Part shown: piece after piece, positions 9,460 through 19,884 of the stretch
Layout of the letters: the number at the start of each line of letters is the position of its first letter
Numbering within the stretch: the stretch's first letter is position 1
From: Bacteroidales bacterium
Lineage (GTDB): Bacteria > Bacteroidota > Bacteroidia > Bacteroidales > UBA12077
Direction of reading: 5' to 3'
Assembly (NCBI GenBank): GCA_013138975.1
Contig: WTBR01000003.1
Coordinates: 2,446-66,445, forward strand
DNA length: 64,000 nucleotides
The notes under the pieces: model-generated
Database searches by the model: none
Told to the model about the DNA's origin: nothing
The model's input: only the letters and a program-made list of their open reading frames with translations
Made by a program: the position numbers and the translations under genes

Positions 9460-10374
9460 ATGAAAATCGGAATTATAGGAATTAACAAATCAAATCAGGA
9501 AGAACATTTCAGATCAATACATCAATCTTTGGATAAGAATCTAAATGGAATATTCTCGCCTTCCGAAGAGATTTTACCGATCTGTTCAAGCTTCCATATA
9601 AAACTTCGCCAATCTACAGCTGAGTTATTTGAAAATTCTGATGCTGTATATTTTGCCGGTTCGTTAAAACCAAATATGGATTTTGCAATCAATGCTCTTA
9701 AAAATTCTTGCCATTTATTTATTGAAGACATCTCTGAAATAACAGTACAAGAAATAAAAAAATTATATAAGGTAGCTTCTGAAGCAAACGTTTCAATACA
9801 GTTAAAATTAACAAAATCATTCTCACAAGAATATTTACAAGCAAGTGATTATTTATCTAATCCAAAGCTAATAGATTTCAATACAAATTTCTCAAAACGA
9901 CTAAGGCATGAAGACTATTTCTCTGAAATTTTAAACAATCTTTACATTGCAAATAAAAAAATCCAATCAGGAGTAAAAAAAATATCGTCCCTTGTACTTC
10001 CATTTGACAAAAACCATCTTAGTCTTGTTCACATAAGAGTAGATTTCGACAATGGAGCTATTGTAAATATGAAATATAACAATATTTCAAACGAAGATGA
10101 AAATATAATGATCTTTCATAATAAAGAAAATGCCGTTGATATAAACTTTAGCAAGCATTTTACAACAATTTACAAGATTGAAAACGGACAAGTAATAAGA
10201 GAAGAATTGGCTATTTCTAATACTGCAGCCTTTGATTCCGAAATAAAAAGTTTCATTTACTCGTGCAAAAATACTAAAAGCCAAAACATATCAGAATCGC
10301 CCGAAGAACTAAAAACAATTCAAGCAACACATGAAATCATAGAACGAATTAAACAATCAACACGTCCAAATTAA
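9460..10374 (+). CDS. Hypothetical protein, possibly a degenerate Gfo/Idh/MocA-like oxidoreductase fold
   Basis: The N-terminus MKIGIIGINKS... and the overall length and layout resemble that family, but the nucleotide-binding motif is degenerate. Confidence 0.4.
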   Translation: MKIGIIGINKSNQEEHFRSIHQSLDKNLNGIFSPSEEILPICSSFHIKLRQSTAELFENSDAVYFAGSLKPNMDFAINALKNSCHLFIEDISEITVQEIKKLYKVASEANVSIQLKLTKSFSQEYLQASDYLSNPKLIDFNTNFSKRLRHEDYFSEILNNLYIANKKIQSGVKKISSLVLPFDKNHLSLVHIRVDFDNGAIVNMKYNNISNEDENIMIFHNKENAVDINFSKHFTTIYKIENGQVIREELAISNTAAFDSEIKSFIYSCKNTKSQNISESPEELKTIQATHEIIERIKQSTRPN

Positions 10375-10482
10375 ATTTAATTACAATATCAATTATAAAA
10401 TAAAATTGCTTTTTTTTAACAACAATTTTATTTCTTTTACGTTTTTATTAATACTCCTTTTCTTATCGAATTTTTATATTGA

Positions 10483-11898
10483 ATGAATAAACGATTACAC
10501 ACTTTTAAATATCTATTTTTCGATTTCATAACAGCTTTTTTTAGTTGGAATTTATTTTACATTTATAGAAAAACGTTTATTGAACCTTTAAAATTAGGAT
10601 ATGAAGTTCCCATTGAATTCAATCACAAATATTATCTTGGAATAATTATTATTCCTTGCTTTTGGCTATTTCTTTATTATTTAAGCGGATACTATAAAGA
10701 TATTTATAGAAAATCAAGATTAAAAGAACTTGCTCAAACGCTTTTTACAATTTTACTAGGTTCAATTATTATATTCTTTGTAGCCTTACTAGATGACCAA
10801 GTCCACTATTATAGTCAATATTACAAGTTATTTTCATCACTAATAGTAATTCAATTTGCCGCTACATATATTCCTCGAATAATTATAACATCTATAACAA
10901 ATTACAAAATTCACAATCGCAAAATTGGCTTTAACACTATAATTATTGGCGGAAATAAAAAAGCTTTAGAGATTTATCAAAAAATTGAAAATCAAGCTCA
11001 ATCGGTAGGAAATAAATTCATTGGCTTTTTAAGTATCGTTGAAAAGGAAACATTTCTACTTGAAACAAAATTAAAAAGACTAGGAAATATTCAAGACATT
11101 AAAGAAATTATCGACACTCATAAAATTGAAGAAGTAATTATTGCTTTAGAATCAACTGAGCATAAAGATATTGAGAGGATTATAAATTACCTTGAGGATA
11201 AAGACATAGTAATTAAAGTTATTGCCAGCATGTATGATATTTTAACTGGCAAAGTAAAAATGTCGCATATTTATAGCACACCGCTAATCCAGATTTCACA
11301 TAATTTAATGCCTATATGGCAACAACAAACAAAACATTTAATTGATTTAAGTATCTCTCTTCTTGCCCTTATTATATTTTCTCCATTAATTCTATTTCTG
11401 GCAATTGGTATAAAACTAAATTCAAAAGGACCTGCTTTTTATACTCATGAACGAATTGGACAATTCGGCAAACCTTTTACTCTAATTAAGTTTAGATCAA
11501 TGTATACAGATGCCGAAAAAAATGGCCCTGCATTATCATCAAAATATGATAATAGAATTACTCCTTTTGGTAAATTTATGCGAAAATCGAAACTCGATGA
11601 ACTACCTAATTTTCTTAATGTGCTAAAAGGAGATATGTCTCTGGTTGGCCCAAGACCGGAAAGAAAATATTTTATTGATCAAATCGTTGAAAAAGCACCT
11701 CATTATCTGCATTTACAAAAAGTAAAACCAGGTATTACTTCGTGGGGTCAAGTAAAATACGGATATGCCGAAAATGTCAATCAAATGACTGAACGTCTTA
11801 AATATGATATTTTATATATTGAAAACATGTCGGTATATGTTGATTTTAAAATAATGATTTATACCATAATAATTATCCTAAAAGGCAGACATATTTAG
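10483..11898 (+). CDS. Polyprenyl-phosphate glycosyl-1-phosphate transferase (bacterial sugar transferase, WbaP-like)
   Basis: N-terminal TM helices plus a C-terminal sugar-transferase domain: ...IGQFGKPFTLIKFRSM...DELPNFLNVLKGDMSLVGPRPE. Confidence 0.9.
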   Translation: MNKRLHTFKYLFFDFITAFFSWNLFYIYRKTFIEPLKLGYEVPIEFNHKYYLGIIIIPCFWLFLYYLSGYYKDIYRKSRLKELAQTLFTILLGSIIIFFVALLDDQVHYYSQYYKLFSSLIVIQFAATYIPRIIITSITNYKIHNRKIGFNTIIIGGNKKALEIYQKIENQAQSVGNKFIGFLSIVEKETFLLETKLKRLGNIQDIKEIIDTHKIEEVIIALESTEHKDIERIINYLEDKDIVIKVIASMYDILTGKVKMSHIYSTPLIQISHNLMPIWQQQTKHLIDLSISLLALIIFSPLILFLAIGIKLNSKGPAFYTHERIGQFGKPFTLIKFRSMYTDAEKNGPALSSKYDNRITPFGKFMRKSKLDELPNFLNVLKGDMSLVGPRPERKYFIDQIVEKAPHYLHLQKVKPGITSWGQVKYGYAENVNQMTERLKYDILYIENMSVYVDFKIMIYTIIIILKGRHI

Positions 11899-12071
11899 TG
11901 TTTGTCCATAAAGTCTGATATCTGCGTTATGCTCGCTCTTTAATTGGTTAATGAACTACCTCGCCGCAAGCGGACGAAGTCTCAACAAATGATTTCTTTT
12001 TAATTTCGCTCCAAGGGGCGAGGAATAAAACCCGAGATCCCGATACGCTTCGCTTTCGGGATCAGTTCGAC
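11895..12071 (+). repeat. Family-C composite repeat (C-a 11895-11935, C-b 11953-12071)
   Basis: C-a (ttagtgtttgtccataaagtctgatatctgcgttatgctcg) is about 95% identical to the reverse complement of 56743-56784. C-b is alignable with 58139-58265, sharing gaactacc.cgcc, tcgctccaag.gg.gaggaataa.accc, gatccc and cgggatcagttcga. Internal stems: cctcgcc/ggcgagg and gatcccga/tcgggatc. Confidence 0.7.
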
Positions 12072-12120
12072 TTTATATTTTTTATTCGTTTGCAACTCTA
12101 AAAAATATAGTCTCACTGAT

Positions 12121-12678
12121 TTAACACAATTGAATCTTTGCTAATATTTCATAAATCGATCCTTGAGGAGTCAATTTACTTTCATAAAAATAAACTTGAC
12201 TTATTTTAAGTTTTTGTATTTCGATTTCTTTATAATTATTAAGCAGTTTTCTTAATCTATCTTTATCTTTTATAATCTTAGCTCTGCCAATTGTAAGGTG
12301 TGGTTTAAATTCTCTATGCTCAGAAACAATTCCAAACGAACTCATTACTTCTTCAATTGCCCGGTAAATATTTTCAAGGCTATTTGATTTTTCAATCCCA
12401 AACCATAATGCTTTGGGATTAAAAACACTCCTAAAAACACCAAGACCTACACATGATATATCAAATGTTTTTACTCCGCTAAGAGCTTTTGTTAACTTAT
12501 CACTTATTTCATTAATCTTACTTTCCTCTGTATCTCCAAGAAATAAAATTGTTATATGTATATTATTGTCCTCTACCCACCTAATTCTCTCATCTTTTAA
12601 AATTATTTTAAACTCATTTAAAAGTTCTTTAGTGTTTTTTGATATTGGAATCTTAATAGCAACGAATGTTCTTTTCAT
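12121..12678 (-). CDS. thpR: RNA 2',3'-cyclic phosphodiesterase (2H phosphoesterase, ThpR/LigT)
   Basis: Two H-x-T-x motifs (HITILFLG, HLTIGR). I place the start at Met19 of the track ORF (MKRTFVAIKI). Confidence 0.8.
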   Translation of the reverse strand: MKRTFVAIKIPISKNTKELLNEFKIILKDERIRWVEDNNIHITILFLGDTEESKINEISDKLTKALSGVKTFDISCVGLGVFRSVFNPKALWFGIEKSNSLENIYRAIEEVMSSFGIVSEHREFKPHLTIGRAKIIKDKDRLRKLLNNYKEIEIQKLKISQVYFYESKLTPQGSIYEILAKIQLC

Positions 12679-12774
12679 TGAATTTATTTCTTGAATTCGA
12701 TGTAAATTAAAATTATATTTACAATTATACAATAAAATATTAACGTAACTTTTTCAGTATAAAATTTAATAATC

Positions 12775-13425
12775 ATGAAAAAAATCGCAGTTGTTTTAGC
12801 AGGAAATGGAGTTTTTGATGGAGCAGAAATCCATGAAGCTACACTTACAATGTATTCAATTGTAAAACACGGAGCTACATATGAAATTTTTGCTCCAAAT
12901 ATAAACCAACACCATGTTATTAATCATATTACGGGCGAGGAAATGCCTGAAAAAAGAAATGTAATGGTTGAAGCTGCAAGAATTGCTCGCGGAAAAATAA
13001 ACGACCTGGCAGATTTTAAAGCCTCTGATTTTGATGCTTTGATTTTTCCCGGAGGATTTGGTGTAGCTAAAAATCTATGTTCTTTTGCTTTTGACGGAAT
13101 TGAATGTGCAATAGATCAAGATGTTGGGAATGCAATTAAAAACATGATTCAACTGAAGAAGCCTATTGGAGCGCTTTGTATAGCTCCTGTTTTACTTGCC
13201 AAAATATTAAACGACGTAGAACTTACTATTGGACAAGACCAAAACACAGCTCAAGCAATTAAAACAATGGGTGCAAAACATATTGAAACAACACACGGAG
13301 AAGTAGTAATTGATAAAAAGTACAATATTGTTACAACACCATGTTATATGCTCGACGCTAATATTGTTCAGATTGCTAAAGGTGCTAATAATGTTGTTAT
13401 TGCAATCTTAAATTTATGTAAATAA
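12775..13425 (+). CDS. elbB: DJ-1/PfpI-family glyoxalase ElbB
   Basis: MKKIAVVLAGNGVFDGAEIHEATLT..., FPGGFGVAKNL, ...ALCIAP (nucleophile elbow). Confidence 0.85.
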   Translation: MKKIAVVLAGNGVFDGAEIHEATLTMYSIVKHGATYEIFAPNINQHHVINHITGEEMPEKRNVMVEAARIARGKINDLADFKASDFDALIFPGGFGVAKNLCSFAFDGIECAIDQDVGNAIKNMIQLKKPIGALCIAPVLLAKILNDVELTIGQDQNTAQAIKTMGAKHIETTHGEVVIDKKYNIVTTPCYMLDANIVQIAKGANNVVIAILNLCK

Positions 13426-13428
13426 TAT

Positions 13429-14097
13429 TCACTTGGCAATGTTGTATCGTTCAATATAATATGACATTCCCAACTTTTCCAAAACAATAGGATCTAACTT
13501 AATCTGACCGTCTTCTATAAGTCTTACAACTCTTTCGATTAACCGATCTGCTCCATTTGGATCATATTGTGATTTCAAATCAGAACCAAACAATCGTGCT
13601 AAAGCTTGCCAAAAAACTGCTGATATAGATCCTCTTAACTCTTTTAATAATTCATAAGATGTATCCCCTGTTTCTCTATCAATAAGCTTAAGAAGTATTC
13701 GGCCTTGCGTTACTGTAAGTTTCTTTAGCTCATTGCCAAATTCTCCCATTAATTGATTCTCGATCGTTTTTACATATTTTTTCTTTTCCTTCTCAGTTGT
13801 TAGACTTTGAAACTCTTTTTCCATCTTATCCAGCATATTCCCGGCATATTTAGCATATGGATAAGCTCTTGTAACATCACGTATTAATTTGGAATACCTT
13901 CTCTTTCTGTATCTATTTTTAAATACTAAACTAGGAAAGACAACAACCTCTTCTAAAGTAACATTAGGAATTGTATCACCATCGATTATTACAGTATGCA
14001 AAATATAAATACTATCCTTCTCAGAATCTACCTGAGCAACGGAGCTATTTGTTATGGCAACTACAAATAAAAAGATACATACTAATAAAAACCTCAT
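13429..14097 (-). CDS. Secreted hypothetical protein, DUF4294-like
   Basis: Signal peptide plus LLKLIDRETGDTSYELLKELRGSISAVFWQALARLFG, which I recall as the DUF4294 signature. Not verified. Confidence 0.55.
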   Translation of the reverse strand: MRFLLVCIFLFVVAITNSSVAQVDSEKDSIYILHTVIIDGDTIPNVTLEEVVVFPSLVFKNRYRKRRYSKLIRDVTRAYPYAKYAGNMLDKMEKEFQSLTTEKEKKKYVKTIENQLMGEFGNELKKLTVTQGRILLKLIDRETGDTSYELLKELRGSISAVFWQALARLFGSDLKSQYDPNGADRLIERVVRLIEDGQIKLDPIVLEKLGMSYYIERYNIAK

Positions 14098-14283
14098 AAT
14101 TTGTTTTTAAAAATTCCCAATAAAAAATACAAACCTAATTTAAATTAGTTTGTACAGATAATTTAAACGATCATTTTTTAAATATGTTAAGCAATTGTTA
14201 ATAAATTTCTCGTATTTCTTTAACAATGTTTAATTTACATTTTATAAATTACATCTTCTAAACAAATATTATTTTCTAAATTT

Positions 14284-16677
14284 ATGGAAAATCAGATAAA
14301 AGATTCCAATCATGGATTAAAAATTAATGAAATTGAACTCCCGATTATCATAAAGGCTTCACAAGAATTATCTGATGAAATACATAAAGAAAAACTATTA
14401 CTTAAATTTTTAAACCTTTGCTCAAATTTTATTGAGGCAACAAAGTCAATACTATTAGTATATAATAGTAACACTTTAATGATAAGAGCAATTAAAAACG
14501 AAGTTATTCATGACCCAATAATTGTAGACTCAACTCCTTATATAAATTCTAAAAATCTCTCCCATAAGATAATCGAATCTGTTATAAACACTAAAAACCT
14601 TTTCGTTTTAGACAATTCGACTAATAATTTTGCATCACAATCCGAATACATTAAAAATAATAATGTAAAATCCTTATTATGTTGTCCAATAATTTATAAA
14701 TCGAAACCTTTAGGATTAATCTATTTAGAAAATAATATTATTGAAAATGCATTCCCTTTGTTTAAAATTGAAGCAATTGAAATTCTAATAAATCAATTAT
14801 CCATTTCATTAAATAATGCCATTTTCTATTCAGAAATAAAAAGCAGTTTAATTGATAGAACTCAAAAAACGGAACAACAAGTAGAAGAAATTGCTGTACA
14901 AACAGAACATCTTAAACTAACAAACAAGGATTTAGAAGAAACGAATGTAAAAATACATTTACAAAAAAAAGAAATACAAGAGCAGGCCAGACAATTAGAG
15001 ATTAAAAATAAGGAACTTGAGAAGCTATTTATTTCTACTCAGAAAACAGATAATTCAATAGTTATTGCTGATATTAACGGTGAAATTGAGTGGGTAAATG
15101 AAGGTTTCTCCAGAATGTATGGGTATTCTCTTCCAGAATTCATCGAAGAACAAGGATTAAGCTTAATTTCTACAAGTTCATATCCTAAAATAAAAGAAAC
15201 ACTAGAAAAAATAATACAAACAAAAAAATCAATTAGCTACAATACACAAAGAAATAATAAATCAAATCAATCAATTTGGATGCGAACAACAATCACTCCT
15301 ATTGTTGATGAAAGTGGAGAAGTATATAATTTAGTCGCAATTGATTCAGATATAACAAAACTTAAAGAAGCCGAAGAAGAAATCCTAAAACATAAAGAAG
15401 AAATAGAAGCCCAACGGGATTTTGCTAATAATCAAAACAAACAAATTCAAAAGCAAAATGTTGAACTTGAAATACATCAAACTCAACTTGAGAAAACAGT
15501 AGAACAAAGAACTGCACAATTAAAAATAGCTAAAGAAAAAGCAGAAGCATCAGATCGCTTAAAATCCTCTTTCTTAGCAAACATGTCACACGAGATAAGA
15601 ACACCAATGAATGCAATAATTGGTTTTTCCGAGTTAATCTCAGATCTGGATATTGATGAAGTTCAACGTAAAGAAATGGTTGGACATTTAAATAGCAACT
15701 GCAATTCTTTACTTCATTTAATCGATGATATAATTGATATTGCCAGAATAGAAGCTGGTCAATTACGAATATATAAGCAGGATTGTTTTATTAATAAATC
15801 GATCATTGAACTTTACGATTTATTTAGTGAAACTGAACTAAAAGACAATAAAGATGTAGAATTGATTGTAGAAATCGAAAACACCGATCAAAATTTATCA
15901 ATTTGTTCTGATCCATATCGATTTAGACAGATTCTAACCAATTTAATAGGTAATGCTATAAAGTTCACCGATCATGGTTATATAAAATTTGGATATAAAA
16001 TTTCACCTAAAGGATACGAAAACTATGTTATGTTTTTTGTGGAAGATTCTGGAATTGGACTAAATAAAAAAGAACAAAAAGAAATTTTTGAGCAATTCAG
16101 AAAAATAGAATCAGGTGATAAAAACAAATTGTATCGAGGAGCGGGTTTAGGCTTGTCCATATCGAAAAATTTAGTAAATGAACTTGGAGGTAAATTATGG
16201 ATTGAATCAGAAACCGGTATTGGCTCAACTTTCTATTTCACTCTTCCTAATATTAAAACAACCAAAACGCAAGAACAAGCCAAATTGGCAAACAATGATT
16301 ATAACTGGAAAAACAAAACTATTCTAATTGCCGAAGACGAAATAAGTAATATAAAAATAATTAAACTGCTTCTTAAAAAAACTAATGTTAATATTATTCA
16401 TGTTCAAAACGGTAAGGATGTAATTAAAAAATGTAAAAATAATAATGATATTGACTTGGTGCTTATGGATATTAAAATGCCTAAATTAAATGGATTAGAC
16501 GCTGCCAGAGAAATCCGAAAATTCAACAATGATATTCCTATAATTGCATTCTCGGCATATGCAATGCCTACCGACCAACAAAAAACAAAAGAAGCAGGTT
16601 GCAATGACTTTATTGCTAAACCAATAAAAAAGGATAATTTATTTTCAAAATTAGATGAATACTTAATAAATAATTAA
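14284..16677 (+). CDS. Hybrid sensor histidine kinase/response regulator (GAF-coiled coil-PAS-HisKA-HATPase-REC)
   Basis: H-box SFLANMSHEIRTPMN, N-box NLIGNAIKFT, G-boxes DSGIGL and GAGLGLSI, and a receiver domain DLVLMDIKMP...KP. Confidence 0.92.
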   Translation: MENQIKDSNHGLKINEIELPIIIKASQELSDEIHKEKLLLKFLNLCSNFIEATKSILLVYNSNTLMIRAIKNEVIHDPIIVDSTPYINSKNLSHKIIESVINTKNLFVLDNSTNNFASQSEYIKNNNVKSLLCCPIIYKSKPLGLIYLENNIIENAFPLFKIEAIEILINQLSISLNNAIFYSEIKSSLIDRTQKTEQQVEEIAVQTEHLKLTNKDLEETNVKIHLQKKEIQEQARQLEIKNKELEKLFISTQKTDNSIVIADINGEIEWVNEGFSRMYGYSLPEFIEEQGLSLISTSSYPKIKETLEKIIQTKKSISYNTQRNNKSNQSIWMRTTITPIVDESGEVYNLVAIDSDITKLKEAEEEILKHKEEIEAQRDFANNQNKQIQKQNVELEIHQTQLEKTVEQRTAQLKIAKEKAEASDRLKSSFLANMSHEIRTPMNAIIGFSELISDLDIDEVQRKEMVGHLNSNCNSLLHLIDDIIDIARIEAGQLRIYKQDCFINKSIIELYDLFSETELKDNKDVELIVEIENTDQNLSICSDPYRFRQILTNLIGNAIKFTDHGYIKFGYKISPKGYENYVMFFVEDSGIGLNKKEQKEIFEQFRKIESGDKNKLYRGAGLGLSISKNLVNELGGKLWIESETGIGSTFYFTLPNIKTTKTQEQAKLANNDYNWKNKTILIAEDEISNIKIIKLLLKKTNVNIIHVQNGKDVIKKCKNNNDIDLVLMDIKMPKLNGLDAAREIRKFNNDIPIIAFSAYAMPTDQQKTKEAGCNDFIAKPIKKDNLFSKLDEYLINN

Positions 16678-16739
16678 ACATTCTCATAGCTTTCATTGTA
16701 AATAACAAATAGTTATTTATTTTCGAATAAAATATATAC

Positions 16740-17204
16740 ATGGATAAAAATAATAGAGATTATAGTAATAAAGATATAACTGTTCACTGGCGTCCGGCCA
16801 AATGTGTTCATGCTACCATTTGTTATGTAAGACTTAGAAAAGTTTTCGACCCGTCAAGTCGACCTTGGATAAATATGGAAGGTGCCAGTACCGATGAAAT
16901 AATTGATATTGTAAATCAGTGCCCAACTGATGCATTAACTTTTACAAAACTAAACAAAACAGAGAAAGACACTTCTGTTGATGAAGAAAAAAATGAACTT
17001 ATAACAGAAGATGATTCAAATACAAAAATTCAAATAATTAAAGACGGGCCTGCTCTAATTTCAGGAAAATTCGTAATTACAGACATAAATGGAAGTAAAT
17101 TAGCAAATGCTGATAATGTTGCTATTTGCAGATGTGGTAAATCGTCAACAATGCCTTTTTGTGATGGAACACATAACAATATTGGATTTAAAGAAACCAG
17201 ATAG
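16740..17204 (+). CDS. Divergent 4Fe-4S mono-cluster domain / CDGSH iron-sulfur domain protein
   Basis: The C-terminal CRCGKSSTMPFCDGTH is a CDGSH-type motif. The N-terminal part has a C..H..C...CP-type cluster region. Confidence 0.75.
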   Translation: MDKNNRDYSNKDITVHWRPAKCVHATICYVRLRKVFDPSSRPWINMEGASTDEIIDIVNQCPTDALTFTKLNKTEKDTSVDEEKNELITEDDSNTKIQIIKDGPALISGKFVITDINGSKLANADNVAICRCGKSSTMPFCDGTHNNIGFKETR

Positions 17205-17207
17205 CAA

Positions 17208-17609
17208 TTGACTAAATTGATTAAACAACCTTCAAGCATTTTTCTTAAATATCTTTTAGCTTTTCTTGGCTTAATTTCATTATTTCTAGGAATAATAGGA
17301 ATATTTATACCATTACTTCCAACCACACCATTCCTTTTATTATCAGCAACTTTATTTATGAAAAGCTCTACACGGCTGTACAATTGGTTAATGAACCATA
17401 AATATCTCGGAAAATATTTAAAAAATTATATTGAACATAGAACTATTTCTACAAGCACAAAAATTTCAACTATTTCTTTTTTATGGATTTTTTTAACAAT
17501 ATCAATATTCCTTGTTATAGAAAATTTAATTTTTAAAATATTACTTTTGGCAATTGCTATAGGAGTAACAATTCATATTTTATCTTTTAAATCAAAAAAA
17601 GAAAAATGA
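17208..17609 (+). CDS. YbaN-family (DUF454) inner-membrane protein
   Basis: GIFIPLLPTTPFLLLSA is the YbaN signature. The start codon is uncertain: the track uses TTG and there is no upstream ATG. Confidence 0.7.
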   Translation: MTKLIKQPSSIFLKYLLAFLGLISLFLGIIGIFIPLLPTTPFLLLSATLFMKSSTRLYNWLMNHKYLGKYLKNYIEHRTISTSTKISTISFLWIFLTISIFLVIENLIFKILLLAIAIGVTIHILSFKSKKEK

Positions 17610-17884
17610 TTATAGTTTTAATATTAATGAGCTTTGGAATTGGAATTGGTTGGTTTTTACATAAACATAAAAAATTTATAAAAATCACTTCCGAACTAAC
17701 GAATTGGGCAATATATCTACTTTTATTCCTGCTTGGATTATCTGTTGGTACAAATGATGAGATTCTGAATAATTTTGACGAAATAGGTTACCAATCTATT
17801 ATAATCACAGTTTTCGCTGTTATGGGAAGCGTGTTAGTTTCATGGTTATGTTTTACTTTATTTTTCAAAAAAGATGAAAGGTAG
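17606..17884 (+). CDS. LysO-family (DUF340) transporter, small N-terminal-type subunit
   Basis: 92 aa with 3 TM helices. It overlaps ybaN by ATGA and overlaps the next ORF by 11 nt. The two ORFs together are about the length of single-chain LysO/YbjE. Confidence 0.6.
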   Translation: MIIVLILMSFGIGIGWFLHKHKKFIKITSELTNWAIYLLLFLLGLSVGTNDEILNNFDEIGYQSIIITVFAVMGSVLVSWLCFTLFFKKDER

Positions 17885-18470
17885 TTTAATTATATTGTCG
17901 TTTTTTGCTCTTGGCTTATTGGTTGGGATTTATAATATGGTGCCCGAACATTTTTCACAAAACGACTACAGCATTTATGCCTTATATATTTTAATGTTTT
18001 TAGTAGGAATAGGTGTTGGAAGCAATAAAAAATCTTTAAGCCTTATAAAATCAGTAAATTTTAAAATTCTTTTAGTTCCACTATCAGTAATTACAGGTAC
18101 ATATATTGGAGTTTCCGTTTTTTCATTATTACAAGATGAATTAAGCTTAATCGATTCTCTTGCTGTTGGATCCGGTTTTGGATATTATAGCTTATCGAGT
18201 GTTCTTATTTCGGAAGTTTCTAGCGACACCTTAGGTGTAATCGCATTATTATCAAATATTACACGTGAAATAATCACATTATTACTAACTCCTTTATTTG
18301 CAAGGTATTTTGGAAAACTTGCACCTATTGCATCAGGAGGTGCGACAGCAATGGATACTACTTTGCCCGTAATTACAAAATACATAGGATCCGACTATGC
18401 TATAATCTCAGTATTTAGTGGAGTTGTATTAACTATTTTGGTTCCTGTTTTAATTACTATAATATTGTAA
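17874..18470 (+). CDS. LysO-family (DUF340) lysine-exporter-like membrane protein, large part
   Basis: 198 aa, multi-TM, with the ...GFGYYSLSSVLI...GGATAMDTTLP motif region. Confidence 0.7.
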   Translation: MKGSLIILSFFALGLLVGIYNMVPEHFSQNDYSIYALYILMFLVGIGVGSNKKSLSLIKSVNFKILLVPLSVITGTYIGVSVFSLLQDELSLIDSLAVGSGFGYYSLSSVLISEVSSDTLGVIALLSNITREIITLLLTPLFARYFGKLAPIASGGATAMDTTLPVITKYIGSDYAIISVFSGVVLTILVPVLITIIL

Positions 18471-18522
18471 ATATTTATTAATTATTAACTTGTATTTATT
18501 TAATTATATGAATAACAATTCA

Positions 18523-18530
18523 TAATTTTG
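18523..18530 (+). promoter_or_regulatory. Candidate -7 promoter box (TAnnTTTG)
   Basis: taattttg lies 31 nt upstream of the ATG at 18562. Confidence 0.35.
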
Positions 18531-18561
18531 CACGCTCTATTTTTTATTAAATCATATTATT

Positions 18562-19827
18562 ATGGCAGGGAAAATTAACGTTAATGTTAGATCTGAGATA
18601 GGAGAATTAGAAGGAGTAATACTTCATACTCCGGGAAGCGAAGTTGAGAATATGACTCCAAAGAATGCTGAAAGAGCATTATACAGTGATATTTTAAATC
18701 TTTCAGTAGCTAAAAAAGAGTATTCGCAATTAAGCGGAGTACTTGATAAATTAACTAAAACATTTCAAGTAAAAGACTTATTAGCAGATATACTTACTAA
18801 TGAAAAAGTAAAAGATAATATATTAAGTAAAATCTGCCAACATGAAGGAAAGTGTAATTTGAACAAACACTTAAAATCGCTAAATTCAAGTGAACTTGCA
18901 CGTCAACTTATTGAAGGTGTTATCGAAGAAAAAAACACACTGACTAAGTATCTAAATAAAGAACGATATTCTTTAAGACCATTACATAACTTCTTTTTTA
19001 CTCGTGATTCTGCAATGTCGGTACTCGACGAAGTATTGATCGGACGAATGGCAAATAGTGTTCGTGAACGCGAATCCTTTATAATGGAAGCTATTTTTGA
19101 TTATCACGAAATGTTTGTAACTAAGACTGTTAACCCTATTAACAGTGCAAAATACAGTGAAAAAACTTCAATCGAAGGGGGTGACATTTTAGTAGCTCGT
19201 GATGATATTATGTGTATTGGCACTGGGACAAGAACTACAGCACAAGGAATTGATTTTATTTTGGAACGACTTTCAGTTCAAAAAGAAAAGAAACGTCATA
19301 TTCTCATTCAAGAGTTACCATACAAACCAGAATCATTTATTCACCTTGATATGGTATTTACATTTTTGGACGTTGATACATGTATGGTTTACGAACCATT
19401 AATATTAAAAACTAACAAATACCAAACTATACATATTACCATAGATAACGGTATTGTAACTTCTATTAAAGAAGAAGAAAACCTTCTAAAATCCTTAAAA
19501 GATTTAGGAATGGACTTAAAACCTGTATATTGTGGAGGAAGAAAAGATCCGTGGGTACAAGAACGCGAACAATGGCACAGTGGAGCTAACTTTTTCGCTG
19601 TTGGACCGGGAAAAGTAATTGGATACGGGCGTAATACCTATACCATGGAAGAAATGAATAAAAATGGTTTTGAAATTCTTAAGGCCAACGATATTATAAA
19701 AGGAAAAATTGATCCTAAAAAATATGAAAAATATGTTATTACACTTGAAGGATCAGAATTACCTCGTGGTGGTGGAGGTGCAAGATGTATGACAATGCCT
19801 ATTCGCAGAAAATCAGTAAAATGGTAA
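18562..19827 (+). CDS. Arginine deiminase family protein
   Basis: N-terminus INVNVRSEIGELEGVILHTPGSEVE and C-terminal catalytic region GGGGARCMTMPIRR. Confidence 0.8.
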   Translation: MAGKINVNVRSEIGELEGVILHTPGSEVENMTPKNAERALYSDILNLSVAKKEYSQLSGVLDKLTKTFQVKDLLADILTNEKVKDNILSKICQHEGKCNLNKHLKSLNSSELARQLIEGVIEEKNTLTKYLNKERYSLRPLHNFFFTRDSAMSVLDEVLIGRMANSVRERESFIMEAIFDYHEMFVTKTVNPINSAKYSEKTSIEGGDILVARDDIMCIGTGTRTTAQGIDFILERLSVQKEKKRHILIQELPYKPESFIHLDMVFTFLDVDTCMVYEPLILKTNKYQTIHITIDNGIVTSIKEEENLLKSLKDLGMDLKPVYCGGRKDPWVQEREQWHSGANFFAVGPGKVIGYGRNTYTMEEMNKNGFEILKANDIIKGKIDPKKYEKYVITLEGSELPRGGGGARCMTMPIRRKSVKW

Positions 19828-19832
19828 AATTT

Positions 19833-19865
19833 AAAAAAAGGATGTTATAAATAACATCCTTTTTC
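19833..19865. terminator. Bidirectional rho-independent terminator (arginine deiminase / sucC)
   Basis: The stem aggatgttat/ataacatcct is flanked by A7 and T5, between convergent genes. Confidence 0.75.
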
Positions 19866-19884
19866 TTTCTTATCTATATAATTA

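Noticed and set aside
17606-18470. The LysO/DUF340 transporter is split into 92-aa and 198-aa ORFs that overlap by 11 nt. This could be a frameshifted pseudogene.
   Set aside because: Both ORFs are intact with their own start codons, and the first is coupled to ybaN by an ATGA overlap. From memory, DUF340 proteins are annotated as two adjacent genes in other Bacteroidota and Firmicutes, so a natural two-gene arrangement is more likely than decay. I cannot verify this here.
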